Shown here piece by piece: positions 52,365 to 64,000 of a stretch of 64,000 nucleotides of DNA (positions are counted from its first letter, which is position 1; every line of letters begins with the position of its first letter). Position numbers and translations under genes: made by a program. This DNA comes from Eledone cirrhosa (lineage: Eukaryota). Where the stretch lies: the NCBI GenBank assembly GCA_964016885.1, contig OZ024740.1, positions 275,094,001 to 275,158,000 of the forward strand. The letters run 5' to 3'. Under the pieces are notes generated by a model. That model saw only the letters and a program-made list of their open reading frames with translations, made no database searches and was not told the origin of the DNA.

Positions 52365-53194
52365 ATACATATATATATATATTTAATACAATAACAGAGA
52401 AAGCTTTAAGCTAAACTCTGACTGGTAACCATCTCACTCAACAAACATTAGGATATACGTTAGTATAATCCCAATTTTGTGTTTGGGGTGCTAACTATAT
52501 GTATTTTGTGGAAAGCCAGTTGTATTATTTTATATGAGATATAATTTAAATTAAAATATATCTCTCTTTCCAAACAATTGTTTCATTATAAGTTTTCTAC
52601 AAGTTGGGAGAATGTTTCCGGTTTATGTAGAAACCTACATTTTTTCTGTAAGAACATATGCAGGTGGGCACTTATAAATCATCAGTGGATGCCCATTAAA
52701 CTTTGATATAAGAAATTTATTCAATTCAAGACAATTGGTTGATTGAAAATCTGCCGACTTTTTCTTATCAGATGTAAAGCACTCCATGGTTTTTGTTCAT
52801 CTAGAGTTTTAGTATAATAATAAACAAGAAAGAAATACATCCCCTTTTTATTTTGTTATACGTATTTCAAAGACGTAAGGCAGTTCTCTTCGGTCAAAAT
52901 CCAAACGAGATGTAAAGTTCCATTGATATGTTACTGGTCATACGTGTTATTCACTTCAACGACCAGTAAGCATATGTCCGAAATTCTCAAGTAGCAGTTC
53001 TTGTATGTGAAGGAGATAGTTATTCCCATTGGCATTGCTGCTTGTGAACTGGCCAGGGTATCAAGTTACCAGATTCATCGCTTGATTAATAGTGAGGCAT
53101 GTATGAACTGTTAGTATATTTGTTATTTTTTTATACTAAATTTTATTCACTTAGATACTAATTCTAATTTTAGATATTTGTACTTTGATGGCTA

Positions 53195-53585
53195 GGTTTC
53201 TACGACTGGATGCCCTTCCTAATGCCAAACACATTTACAGTGCGTGTTGGGTGCTTTTGTCATGACTCCTACACAACCACTTTACATTGTGGGCTCGGTA
53301 CTTTTTGTCCTGCTACCTACATGACCACATTACAATGTGGGATGGGTGCTTTTTTTTTGTGAAACCTACATGACCACTTTACAGTGTGTTGCTGGTTGCT
53401 TTTTGTTGTGACACCCACACAACCACTTTACAATGTGGGCAGAATGCTTTTACCAACATAACTTTTTGTGTTAGGGTGTTGTAGTTAGAAGTAGGTGGGT
53501 GGGTGTAGGGTGTGGTGGTGTATGGAAGGGGGTATAGTGGTTGAGTCCATGCACATGGGAAGGTGTGTGTTTCTGTATTGCTGCA
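53195..53585 (-). mobile_element. Old RTE C-like 3'UTR with ~5 UTR repeat units
   Basis: TTTCTACGACTGGATGCCCTTCCTAA followed by repeated CCACTTTACARTGTGGG..GCTTTTT units. Confidence 0.75.
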
Positions 53586-53763
53586 ATATATATACACACA
53601 TATATACACATACACACATATATATATTAGAAAGAGTTGGGGTCTGATGACTGATCACTTGTCGTTTTGACAGCTAATCACATTCTACTATCCCAAGTAC
53701 TGAGTACTCTGCTGAATAATAGTCTAACTAGTTTAATACTGATTTAATCCTGATATATAAACA

Positions 53764-53820
<57 letters not shown>

Positions 53821-54251
53821 GTATACATGTATATGTATATCTATATATGCACCTGTATATATATATATATATATACACACACATATATGAAAATCAAGTT
53901 CCTTCAAATTATTTAGCCAGTCATTTGGGGTGCCACTCAAGAAAATTTACTGTGTTGCCCTCATCCCATTTTAATCATCCCTAGAAATGCCTCACCAAGA
54001 TTAGCCTGCCCCTAGGTGTATCCCTAAAGATGCTGTTGCCAGTCATCAAGGTCACTTTTCTAACCAAGCACCACAATTTTGATTTAAGGTTCCTTCATAT
54101 TCTGGATATAAGTAGATCTGATATTGCAATAACTTTTCTTCAAATCATTTCACGCTATATTCAAAAGAACATTAGACAACGTTATATCCAGTATTGAAAT
54201 AACATTTCATTAAATCATTCCCCATGTCTTGTCTTTTTTTTTTTTAAATAA

Positions 54252-54432
54252 TTGTTTCTACTATTGGCACAAGGCCAGCAATTATCCAGTGCATTACTGG
54301 TACTTTATTTTATCGACCCCGTAAGGATGAAAGGCAAAGTTAACCTCGGCGGGATTTGAACTCAGAATGGCAATAACTCTATGTGTCAAAGCATGGCGTC
54401 CGACCCTCTACCAATACTGCCAATCTACTGCC
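54252..54432 (-). mobile_element. SINE (second lineage), full length
   Basis: Head GGCAGTAGATTGGCAGTATTGGTAGAG..GAGTTCAAATCCCGCC on the minus strand; T-rich..AAATAAT TSD-like flanks. Confidence 0.87.
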
Positions 54433-54589
54433 TTTTTTTTTTTTTTTTGAAATAATGATTCTTTAAATCCTGTATGAATGTGTATATATATATATAGTCG
54501 AAAGTAAAATTGAAAAAGCTCAACTATATTTATAGATTTTTTTTTTTCTTTAATGTGACAGAATGGATAATTTTATAATTGTTGCATTA

Positions 54590-54632
54590 AATATAACTGG
54601 TTTCGATTGACATATCAATCTTATCAAATATT
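54590..54632 (-). ncRNA. Decayed hammerhead motif
   Basis: Minus strand AATAT-TTGATAA-GATTGA(TATG)TCAATC-GAAA-CCAG-TT-ATATT; stems I and II perfect, core two transitions away from CTGATGA. Confidence 0.5.
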
Positions 54633-55019
54633 AAATGTTTAAAAAAAATGTTTTTCATAATTCTGTGAGCATTTGAATAAATATGTATGTGTTTGTTTGA
54701 TTATGTCTTTATGCATGGTTTGTCATTACTGTTTATGTCTAACATATTTCAACATAAATGTATTAATAAGATGAGTTTGAGACATGAAATAAATATATAC
54801 CGGGAACAATATTGATTGACTAAATTTTTTTAACATTGTACCACAACATAATTGTCATCCAATGACTGAAACCAGTGAATGAATATAAGAATATATATAT
54901 TCAAGTGTTGGGGATGGAATTGCTGTTGAAAAACAAAACTCAGATGTACAATATTGCCAGAAGATGGGCAGAAAATATGGAGCATATGCAAAAACTAGAG
55001 AACATACACCACAGGATGT

Positions 55020-55300
55020 GTAATATTAGTATGCATAAATGACAAAACATGCATGAGCTGAGCAAATAACTGGGCATATGTTAAATAAGATGTAATGTGC
55101 AAGACAGAAAATTCACTGATGGTGATCTTTGGATGAAGAATTGTCAATAACTTTTAATGGAAGAAAGCTACAGAAAAGGAAGACCTGTGCCGAAGTGGTT
55201 TGAAATGACCTCAGTATTTTGAGCATTGTAGAAAAGATGAAAAAGAATATGTCAAGCAGAGGGAAGGTGTGCTGGAGAGGACTTGTCCATAGGATGGAAG
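55020..55300 (+). mobile_element. Highly decayed RTE 3' coding remnant
   Basis: Residual similarity to RTE A/B C-terminus (GGATGTGTAATATTAGT..ATGAGCTGAG..GGAAGACC..GTGTGCTGGAGAGGAC). Confidence 0.5.
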
Positions 55301-55889
55301 CATAGAAAAAGGGACATAAAACTGATTATTTTGATGATATATTAATTCTCCACTTCCTGCAGCATGACACAGTGCATTTAACCCATATATTCTTCTGAAG
55401 AAGAGATTTTTAAGCAACAAATAAGATCTTTCTTCATCTTATTTTCTTGTTCGTCCATTTCACATTGCTGTGGTCTTCAAACTTCATATTTTTCTATATA
55501 TTAATTCATATATGTATGTTTCTATGTATATATGTTTCTAAGTTTATATGAAAGCAGTTCTGTCTTCACATTTGGATATTTAATATACATTACTGTAAAG
55601 CTTTGTAATAAGTTTATTCATAAAGCAGTGGTAAAACTACGAAACCTAATGAGACATTGGAAACAATATAAAGCAACAAAAGTAACAACAAAATAAAGGT
55701 AAATAAAAATTACTTCTTTGTCATCTGACATCTGTTTCTGATATAGTACATCCATAGTAGCCATTATTATCATCATCATTGCTTTTGTCATTATTTCCAA
55801 TACCATTTCTCATATTAATCATAATTTTAAAGGATTTTTAACAATGATAATAATGGATTTCATTCTTCTTCTTCTTCTTCTTCTTCTTC

Positions 55890-55932
<43 letters not shown>

Positions 55933-56511
55933 TATTAGTAGTAGTAGTAGTTAAAATGTTTTACTTTTTCATCATTTTCTTTGATTCTTTTCTGTTTTTT
56001 GATTCTTTTCTGTTTTTTTTTCCTTTAATGTTCATGTTATTTATTTATTTATTTATTTTTTTACAATTTTACTTCATTTAAATCCATTTCTTTGTAAACT
56101 AGATCAACCAGCCACCATCAGCACTAGCACATCTACCTCGAACTCCACTACCACCTGTTTCCAAACCCAATCCTAAACTTCAGCCCAAACGTTGACTTCA
56201 AAATTCTAACTTTGCTGAAAGGTCAAGTATTTGAAATGAAAAAGTAATCAAAACAAAAAAGAAAATGATTGACTGTTGATATTTTGGAATTATTACATTT
56301 CTTAATGGAATTGGTGTAAGTAGTGGTTGTGTTGGGAGGTAGCGCAATGGTTGAGATTGGCAGGGAATCACTACTTAAAGGAGGAATATAGTTTTCATCT
56401 TTTTGAGTTATTATTTTTTCTATCTTTTATTATTCTAAATTTCAACTCCTTTTTTTTTATATGCTAATTTGTATTACATATATATATATATATATGTATA
56501 TCTATATATAC

Positions 56512-56648
<137 letters not shown>

Positions 56649-57399
56649 AGAGAGAGATTAGTTAGTTCTGTGTTCTTTTCCTTTCATATTTATTATATAA
56701 ATCTCTAAATTTTTTTCACATTAGAATTATATCAAAAACACCCGTTCTTGTTTTCCTGCAGCATGCAGTATATATGTGTGTTTAGTGGTTAGGTGTAGGA
56801 GAGAGTAAGATATTTTATATTCAGGTTTTATTTTCAATAAAACATCCCTAAATTCAACTTTCAAATGAATTTTCAAGAGTAAAAAAAAGTTCCTTTCATA
56901 TATCTATCCATTTTGCATGCATACACATACACACACATGTGTGTGTGTGTTTGCATTTGTATATCTATCTCTCTCAACATTATCATCATGTATTTCTTAC
57001 TATGTCTCATATACTGTATGTACATATATTTTCAACATGATCATCATCATTATGAATATATTTTCCCTACTGTCATGAGTTGTTACAGATCAAATCAGAA
57101 TCTAATTGTACCTACTGTCTTCCTAGACAGGCTAGGGAACCATGATTTGACCACCAGATTGTAATAGATTATGATGGCTCGTGGCTTCTACTAACAACCA
57201 GTCTTGAATTACTGTTATACACTAGAGGACTATATTCGGCAAGAATTGGCTGATATCTGAGTGTTGATAGATTCATACCTACACACTAAACTCATCATTG
57301 TATTCATTGCCTAATCTTTTGTTGGTTGTGCCTCAGTACATGGTCTGTACAGCTCTCACAAGCCATTACTCAGCAACCACCAAATTACAGATTATGAGA

Positions 57400-58000
57400 T
57401 TTTATCAATGTCCTTTTTCGGGTTTGAAAAAGCTAAATATTACTTTTACAGTTGTCTAACAAAGAAGATGCTATCTGCGGAACTTCTGGGCACAATGTTA
57501 AACTACATCACATCAATATTTATTCTATCCCTAATTAATTGTGCAATAACTCTTTCTCTGACCCTCATAACTTGATCCAGCTGTTTGATGCCTCTGTAAT
57601 TTCTTCTCTCTAGTACACCTCCTTTGCCTTTGTAGCAGTTGAAAGTGGTGCTGCTATGCCAGTCATTCCTGCACTATCTGATGAACTATACATGCAACTG
57701 TCTAATGACCTACTCCACTAGATAGTTTAATCATCTCAACAACAATTCCTGATGGACCAGCTGCTTTTCTTTTCCTGATTCATTTTATTTACAGCACTGC
57801 TCTCAACTGGTCCCTCATTTGCGTCTAGATGGGGAAGACTTTTACTCTCCTCTGCATGCTTTTTTCATCATTCAACAACCTCCAGAAGTAGCACTTCCAA
57901 GCTTCTTTCTTTTTGATATCTGTAAGGGTAAGTAAGCCATTACCATTCCACACACCACTTCTCTCTTACCACATCTCGGTCCTTTCTGGTGCACAGTCAT
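57400..58000 (-). mobile_element. Decayed RTE A/B-like RT fragment
   Basis: Minus strand NDWHSSTTFNCYKGKG..RNYRGIKQLDQVMRVRERVIAQLIR, KAAGPSG. Confidence 0.75.
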
Positions 58001-58480
58001 GATTATGAGGATAATATATATATATGTGTGTGTGTGTGTTTATATACACAAGCTCTAATCAATAGTGGCTACAAAAACAAATTGATAGACAACATCTATG
58101 TATGAATTCAACCAGAAAGTAATTAGCACTTCCACCCCAAACACAAATAAACCAGACAATAGAAACTCACACTTGCACACACACATGCACATACACCCAT
58201 GCACACACACTCATGCACATATATATGTAGGTTACTACCAAAACAAATCACATGAACTCTCATTATAAAACTAATGAAAGAGTTCTAAGGAGAATAATTA
58301 AACAAACTATACATTGCACTGTCCCCCCTAAGGATAGACTAGACTGTATATATGTGTGTGTAGATGTAAATGTGTATATATATATATATATATATATTAG
58401 TCTGCAGAGCTGAGACCAGGGAGACCACTAATCATGGGATTTTACCTATCTCTCTCTTTCTCTCTCTATCTATCTATCTC

Positions 58481-58515
<35 letters not shown>

Positions 58516-59364
58516 ATTTGGATGAACACACATACACTATAAAGCTCAAATAGGGAAATCTGTCATGTAATAGTAAATATTCTAACCTCATAATAAACAA
58601 ACTCATAAATAACATTAAACGAAACTTCAATATCAGCCCCTCTAGCCGAAAACAGCAGCAGCAACTCAAGTTAATGAATCATTAATTTACAAATTAATCT
58701 CCCTATGTGATGACATATAATGTGGACAAATATCTTGACAAAACCTGAATAAAATTTAGTTATTTGATAACAATATCCTACAAAGTGATTCACCATACAC
58801 TCCCTTATAAAATCAAACCAAAGAAGTTTGCTTGTTATTGGTTGACTTTGGTTAAACAACAACAAAATGTTTATAAAATCATATAAATATCTAAAAGGTA
58901 TATATAACGAAACTGAACTTTGTGTTTAATAGATGAGCAAAGAGCTTAAAATTTCAACAAAATTTCATTTTCAACATATAAATTGTGACATCATTTTTCT
59001 TTTTGTGTTTGACCCATTGTCAGTTCTAGTGATCAGTTTTCCAGTTGTTTCAGAAAGAGAACAGCTTGATCAAGAGAGTAACATACAAAGAGTTGACCAT
59101 TTCAGAGACATGTGCATCCTAACTGTAGAGTGATTTAGCATAACAGAGTAAGTGACAAAACTGACTCTTTCATGTACAGGTACAACACAGCTTTACTGAA
59201 TGGACTGCAGTAATGATAAATAAAGTATCTTGCCCAAAGACACAATACAATGTGTGGAAACTAACCCCTTAGCCATACACTATCATTTTTCAGATGAACA
59301 ATTATAAGATAAAACTAATAGTTAGCTCCCAGTCTTAATCACAGATATTAAAGCAACACTGTAC

Positions 59365-59700
59365 CATACCCAACGTAATCACCCTCTTCCCATTCGAAGG
59401 AGGTAGATCCCTCATCTGGGACGCCACCTGCTGTGACACATTCTCCGCCTATAACTTAGTCGCTTTGGCCACAAACCCTGGCATCGCAGCCCACCTCGCA
59501 GAAGAAAGTAAAATAAAGAAATACTGGGGTTTGTCCGGCCACTTCCTCTTTGCACTGGTCGCTGTCAAGATCTCAGGTGTATGTGGACCCATACTACTAA
59601 GCTCCTCCACAAGATCAGAGTGTCTGTGGCCTGTCTGTTGCAGCGGGTGTCACTGGCCATCGTCCGGGGGAATGCTTTTGCTATCTTGTCGCGGGGCACA
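59365..59700 (+). mobile_element. CRE-clade LINE fragment (RLE domain C-terminus)
   Basis: PFEGGRSLIWDATCCDTF..AAHLAEESKIKKY..FALVAV..SGVCGP, then frameshifted LLQRVSLAIVRGNAFAI. Confidence 0.75.
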
Positions 59701-60739
59701 GCACTTCTGCTCTTTTGCCCTAGGCCCAATCACCCTCCCCTTTCACCCCTCCACATTCACCCCTCCCCTCTCTTCTGCAACACCAGAGCTCTAGCTATCC
59801 CCTCCCCTTCTCGTTCTTTTTCATCTTTCTTTTTCTATTATTTGGATTAAATATATTTTATATGAAATACTAAATTCTTTAAAAGATTTGAGAACAAAAA
59901 TTTTAAATTAATGAATTACAGTGAAACTGTTGAAATTGACAAAATATATATCATTATTCCAATACTTTTAGGTTGGTGTTTTGGTAAAATCGTTATAGGA
60001 TTCGACAAAATTCATTGTTGTAGTTGGTTACAGCAATTTACACTCGGATTCCATGAGTTCAGATTCTACAATGGTCAACTTTACCTTTTATTTTTCAATA
60101 AAATAAAATATCATTTAAAAGCTATGGGTGTAAAATTCACTTTTTCCTCTCCCTCCAAATTGTTGGCTTTGTGCCTATTTTAGAAATTATTATTTTAATA
60201 CTTCAGTACATGTAATAATAGAATTTAAAATCTCTATATTGGAAAAAACTTGATGGGAACTATTAAAATTTCATTTTAGTCATTTTTTAATAACTTTTTT
60301 TCTATCACTTTCTTCCTAATCCTTCCTTAACTCCTTCTAGAAATTTTTCTGTTACTAACATTTCACCCATACTAATTGCACATAATGGTTTTACATCTTA
60401 GCTAATTCCTTTATGGCTCTTAATTTTATTTTTCTTCTGTCAATTATTATTCATAGTCACCTCCCTATCAAAATTCTAATTTCTTACCACAGAACCCTAT
60501 ATAGGCAGCAAATGTTATGGTCAGATGATTTTTTTTTTATTCATTCATATCATAAAAACATAAACATTTACTTTTCAAAATCCATTGTTTACACTGTATA
60601 CTTATTGATATTGCTTGTCTATATTGACATCATCAATGCTTTATGTCTATTCTATGCTTACATGGGTTAGACAATATTTTTATAAATAAACACACACATA
60701 CACATATATATTATACTCGTTTATCATTTATTAGATGAG

Positions 60740-60945
60740 TGGGCAGTGGATTGGCAGAGCATCAGACAGGTTTTGCAACATAGTTACATCGCTTTAATTT
60801 CTGAGTTCAAATCTCACCATGGTTTGGTTTGCTTTCATCCTTGCAGGGTCAATAAAATAAAGAACCAGTAATGCACTGGTGTCAATTTAATGAACTTTCC
60901 CTTTTCTCAAAATTGTTAGCCTTGTGCCTAAATTAGAAACCATTA
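60740..60945 (+). mobile_element. Older subfamily of the second SINE lineage
   Basis: GGCAGTGGATTGGCAG head, CTGAGTTCAAATCTC, body as at 33655. Confidence 0.75.
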
Positions 60946-61454
60946 GTCAGCATTGTTGTTTTGCTATCAACTTCAACTTCGAAAGAAATTATAAAAAAAG
61001 TCAGTAATGAAGCACTAAGAACTTGACAGAAACAATTTAGTTTTTCAAACAAATCCTAACTCTCCTAAGTGCTGTACTATATTTTGTACAATAAATTAAT
61101 CACAGGAGGTCCTGGTCAACACACAAACAGGATATTCACAGTTTGAGATCATATTTAAGCTCTAGCATTCTACTGAACCTAATACACAAGATTCAAATTT
61201 AGGGCAATATGTTTGTGGTACAATGCCAATACTTATACTGGGATTTTTTTATGGGTTATGGTTGATTTAATTGACTTAACCTTTCAGCCTTCCACTAGTG
61301 ATAATTTAAATATTGGCAATTCATTGATGCTGGTTGTCTCTAATTAATTTGATACCATAGTATCATTTAGATGTTGGAAAAAGCATAGAAAAATTGTTTC
61401 TTTTCTTTTTATTAATATATATATATTTCGACTGATGTGTTTATTACTGAAAGC

Positions 61455-61820
61455 AATTATGGTTAAGTACCTAAACTATCTGCTTTACAATCATAATGTT
61501 CTGAGGTCAATCTCACTGTGGGCATGTATCATCTTGGGCATGTATCCTTGCTATAGGTTTGAGTTGAGCTAAACTTTTTGTGTGGAATAGGATAGTGTTT
61601 CAGAAGAAGTGACTGTGTGGATGTTTGTTAAATTGATTTTATCTGTAATTCAAAGCTAGATCCATCCTTATCACATATTGTGTCACACTGCTTTAACACA
61701 TATTCTGTTAAGGTACACGTGTCTGTGGAATAATTAGTTACTTCATGCTAATGTAGCGAATAAGCTGTTTGGTTGATTAAGCTGAATGTTACTCATCAAA
61801 ACCAATGGAGGATCGCAAGA
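61455..61820 (+). mobile_element. Decayed CORE-type SINE (second body type relative)
   Basis: TGGTTAAG head, CTTGGGCA CORE-like motif, TGTGTCACACTG..GTTAAGGTACACGTGTCTGTGGAAT resembling the reverse complement of 31300-31440. Confidence 0.55.
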
Positions 61821-61947
61821 AAATAAGTAAGAATTCTGTATAAACAAAATGGTTACAATGCTTGTATTTTATAAAGAAAAGGAATATATATTGTTTTGGG
61901 CATGATTATTTATCAGAGAAAAATAAAAATGTTTCTGCCTAAATAAT

Positions 61948-62124
61948 TGTTTCTACTTTTGGCACAAGGCCAGCAATTGCCCAGTGTATTACTGGTACTT
62001 TATTTTATCGACCCCATAAGGATGAAAGGCAAAGTTAACCTCGGTGCGATTTGAACACAGAATGGCAAGGGCCGTAACTCTATGCGTCAAAGCATGGCGT
62101 CCGACCCTCTACCGATACTGCCAA
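61948..62124 (-). mobile_element. SINE (second lineage), young copy
   Basis: Near-identical to 54252-54432; 12-bp TSD TGCCTAAATAAT (61936-61947 / 62125-62136). Confidence 0.9.
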
Positions 62125-64000
62125 TGCCTAAATAATAAATATTTCTTTGGATCATAGAAGACCATGAAATGTCATGTTATGTTTTTTCCAGAATTTACTT
62201 ACTGAAATTGCTGGTATTTTTTAATTATAGTTGTACTTGATTGTAAATAGATCTTGTCATAAGCCTAGCATAGGGGCATCTGTATGGTCACTTAATCTGC
62301 TAGAAATACTGCCAAATCCCCTTTAAATCACACTCTATCACTCTAAAAAGAGTGGGAAGGATATTGGAATTCTAGATATAGAATATTTAAATAAATGTTG
62401 TGAATGGTCTTGGTTAAAATAATTGTAATTATGTCTTATGAATTAAGGCAAAGAAGGTTAATTAGTCCTGCCTTATACTGATATAGTTTCCTGACATACT
62501 TATAAACAGGAAAAGAGAAAAAAGAGGTGGGTTAATATATTGGAAGGGGAGATATGGGGTGAGAGCAAATACAAATACTGTCTGGATGATATATTTTTAC
62601 TATACCAAAACAATGTTTGGCAGGATTTTATAGCCAAGCAATAAAACCTTCCATGCAGTCAATTATTTACTCCTAGTAAAAAATACTTTTATGTGTAAAC
62701 TTACTTGTATTCTGAGATAAATTGTTTTCTTTTTCTTTTACTGGGGGAAGGGATGTAACACCCCTAACCCATTCTAGAGCCTACAAGATTGTTGGAAAGA
62801 TGGTATCCTTAACCTGGAGACTGTCTTAATGTTTGTCACAGCATGGAATCTGCTAAAGTCCAGGTGATGGATCAAGTTTACCATCAAAATAAGCTATAAT
62901 AGGATTTACACTGCAAATGCTAAGAGCCGGAATAAATACCACAGAACATCTCAACCAATGCTCTAACAATTTTGCCAAACTACTGTCAAAGAGTGCTACT
63001 TTATTTTATCAATTCTGAAAGGATGAATGACAGGATCTGAACCTAATAAATCTTAATATTTCAAAATATTAAACGAATTGTTTTGTACTTTTGTATTTCA
63101 CAGTGTTTCAATCATATATTTGAATTATCAAATTATAGTGTAGACCATAGAAATATCAAAGACAATATTTAATAATCCAGATATTTTTCAAGCTTCAACC
63201 AGAAGCCATTTATTTTCCTTTTCACTTCACTATTAGAAGTAGCATATTGTAACAGTGACACATCTGCTTAGGTATCTGTAGTAGTTATTCTAAGCTAATA
63301 GTAAGTATATATAATCAACTTTCGCTTGAGGCAAGTTGAATTAGGATAATTTCCTATCCCTTGGATAGAACACAATGATTATAATTGACAAGATAGATAC
63401 AAGCTCATGCTTTATATTCAAGAGTTTGAGAGACAGAAAATCAGTGTCTACTTGATCGCTGGGCCTCTTATGAAAATGAAAACTAAACTCAAAACTGACT
63501 GAACAGCTTTTCAATTTATCTTGTCTCTGCTAACGTTGTACTAGCAGCACTCCTTTATCCCTGACTACCCACTCATTGATTCCTAAAACAAAATCTGTTG
63601 TCTGCTATATCCTTACCACCACTCCTAAGTAATAAAGAGAGTGAGAGAGGGAAAGGATGGCTAGAAACTAACTAGAAGTGGAATTAAATTAAATTACTTG
63701 AGAATGTTAGTATGAAAGACTACAGGGGCAGCATTGGATATTGTTATACTTTGACATAGAGAGTGGGAAAAAATAAAAAGATGAAGTTAAAAGAAGAGAT
63801 GTAGAATGAGAGGAAGGAGACTAAAAGATGTGTGTGAGTGTCTGTATGAGAAACACAGTATGAAAAAGAGTGACATAAAGATAGATAGAGAGAAAGAATT
63901 TGAGAAAATAGTGAAAGATTGATAAAGTGATAACAGAAGACAAAAAAAGAGAAGTATACAACTCAAAATAGTGTGTGAGAGGGTTGTAGAAAGATAAAGA

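Noticed and set aside
52640-52695. Minus-strand CTGATGA ... GAAA
   Set aside because: Stem II weak; no stem I or cleavage-site pairing

Overview
Very AT-rich eukaryotic (animal) DNA, not prokaryotic. It is dominated by (TA)n/(CA)n microsatellites, RTE-clade LINEs and tRNA-derived SINEs. The repeat repertoire suggests an octopod cephalopod; this is an inference, not a database result. Almost all IYIY-type ORFs in the track are microsatellite artefacts. Recognisable content: three young RTE LINE families (A, B, C; all 5'-truncated, with (TGA)n tails, mostly inserted at TA repeats; A and B carry a PHD-like C4HC3 finger inside the RT); decayed Expander/BovB-like RTE, R4/Dong and CRE LINE fragments; two SINE lineages; two non-autonomous Helitrons; small MITEs; a 42-bp minisatellite; and one plausible host terminal coding exon (36526-36882, minus strand). 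The least explained signal is a set of short, ORF-less inserts at TA microsatellites. They carry minimal type I hammerhead ribozyme motifs (13104, 26215, 26621, 51841 and a decayed one at 54590) and/or inverted duplications. One is a ~428-bp tandem/inverted monomer family that looks like a Penelope-mobilised retrozyme.
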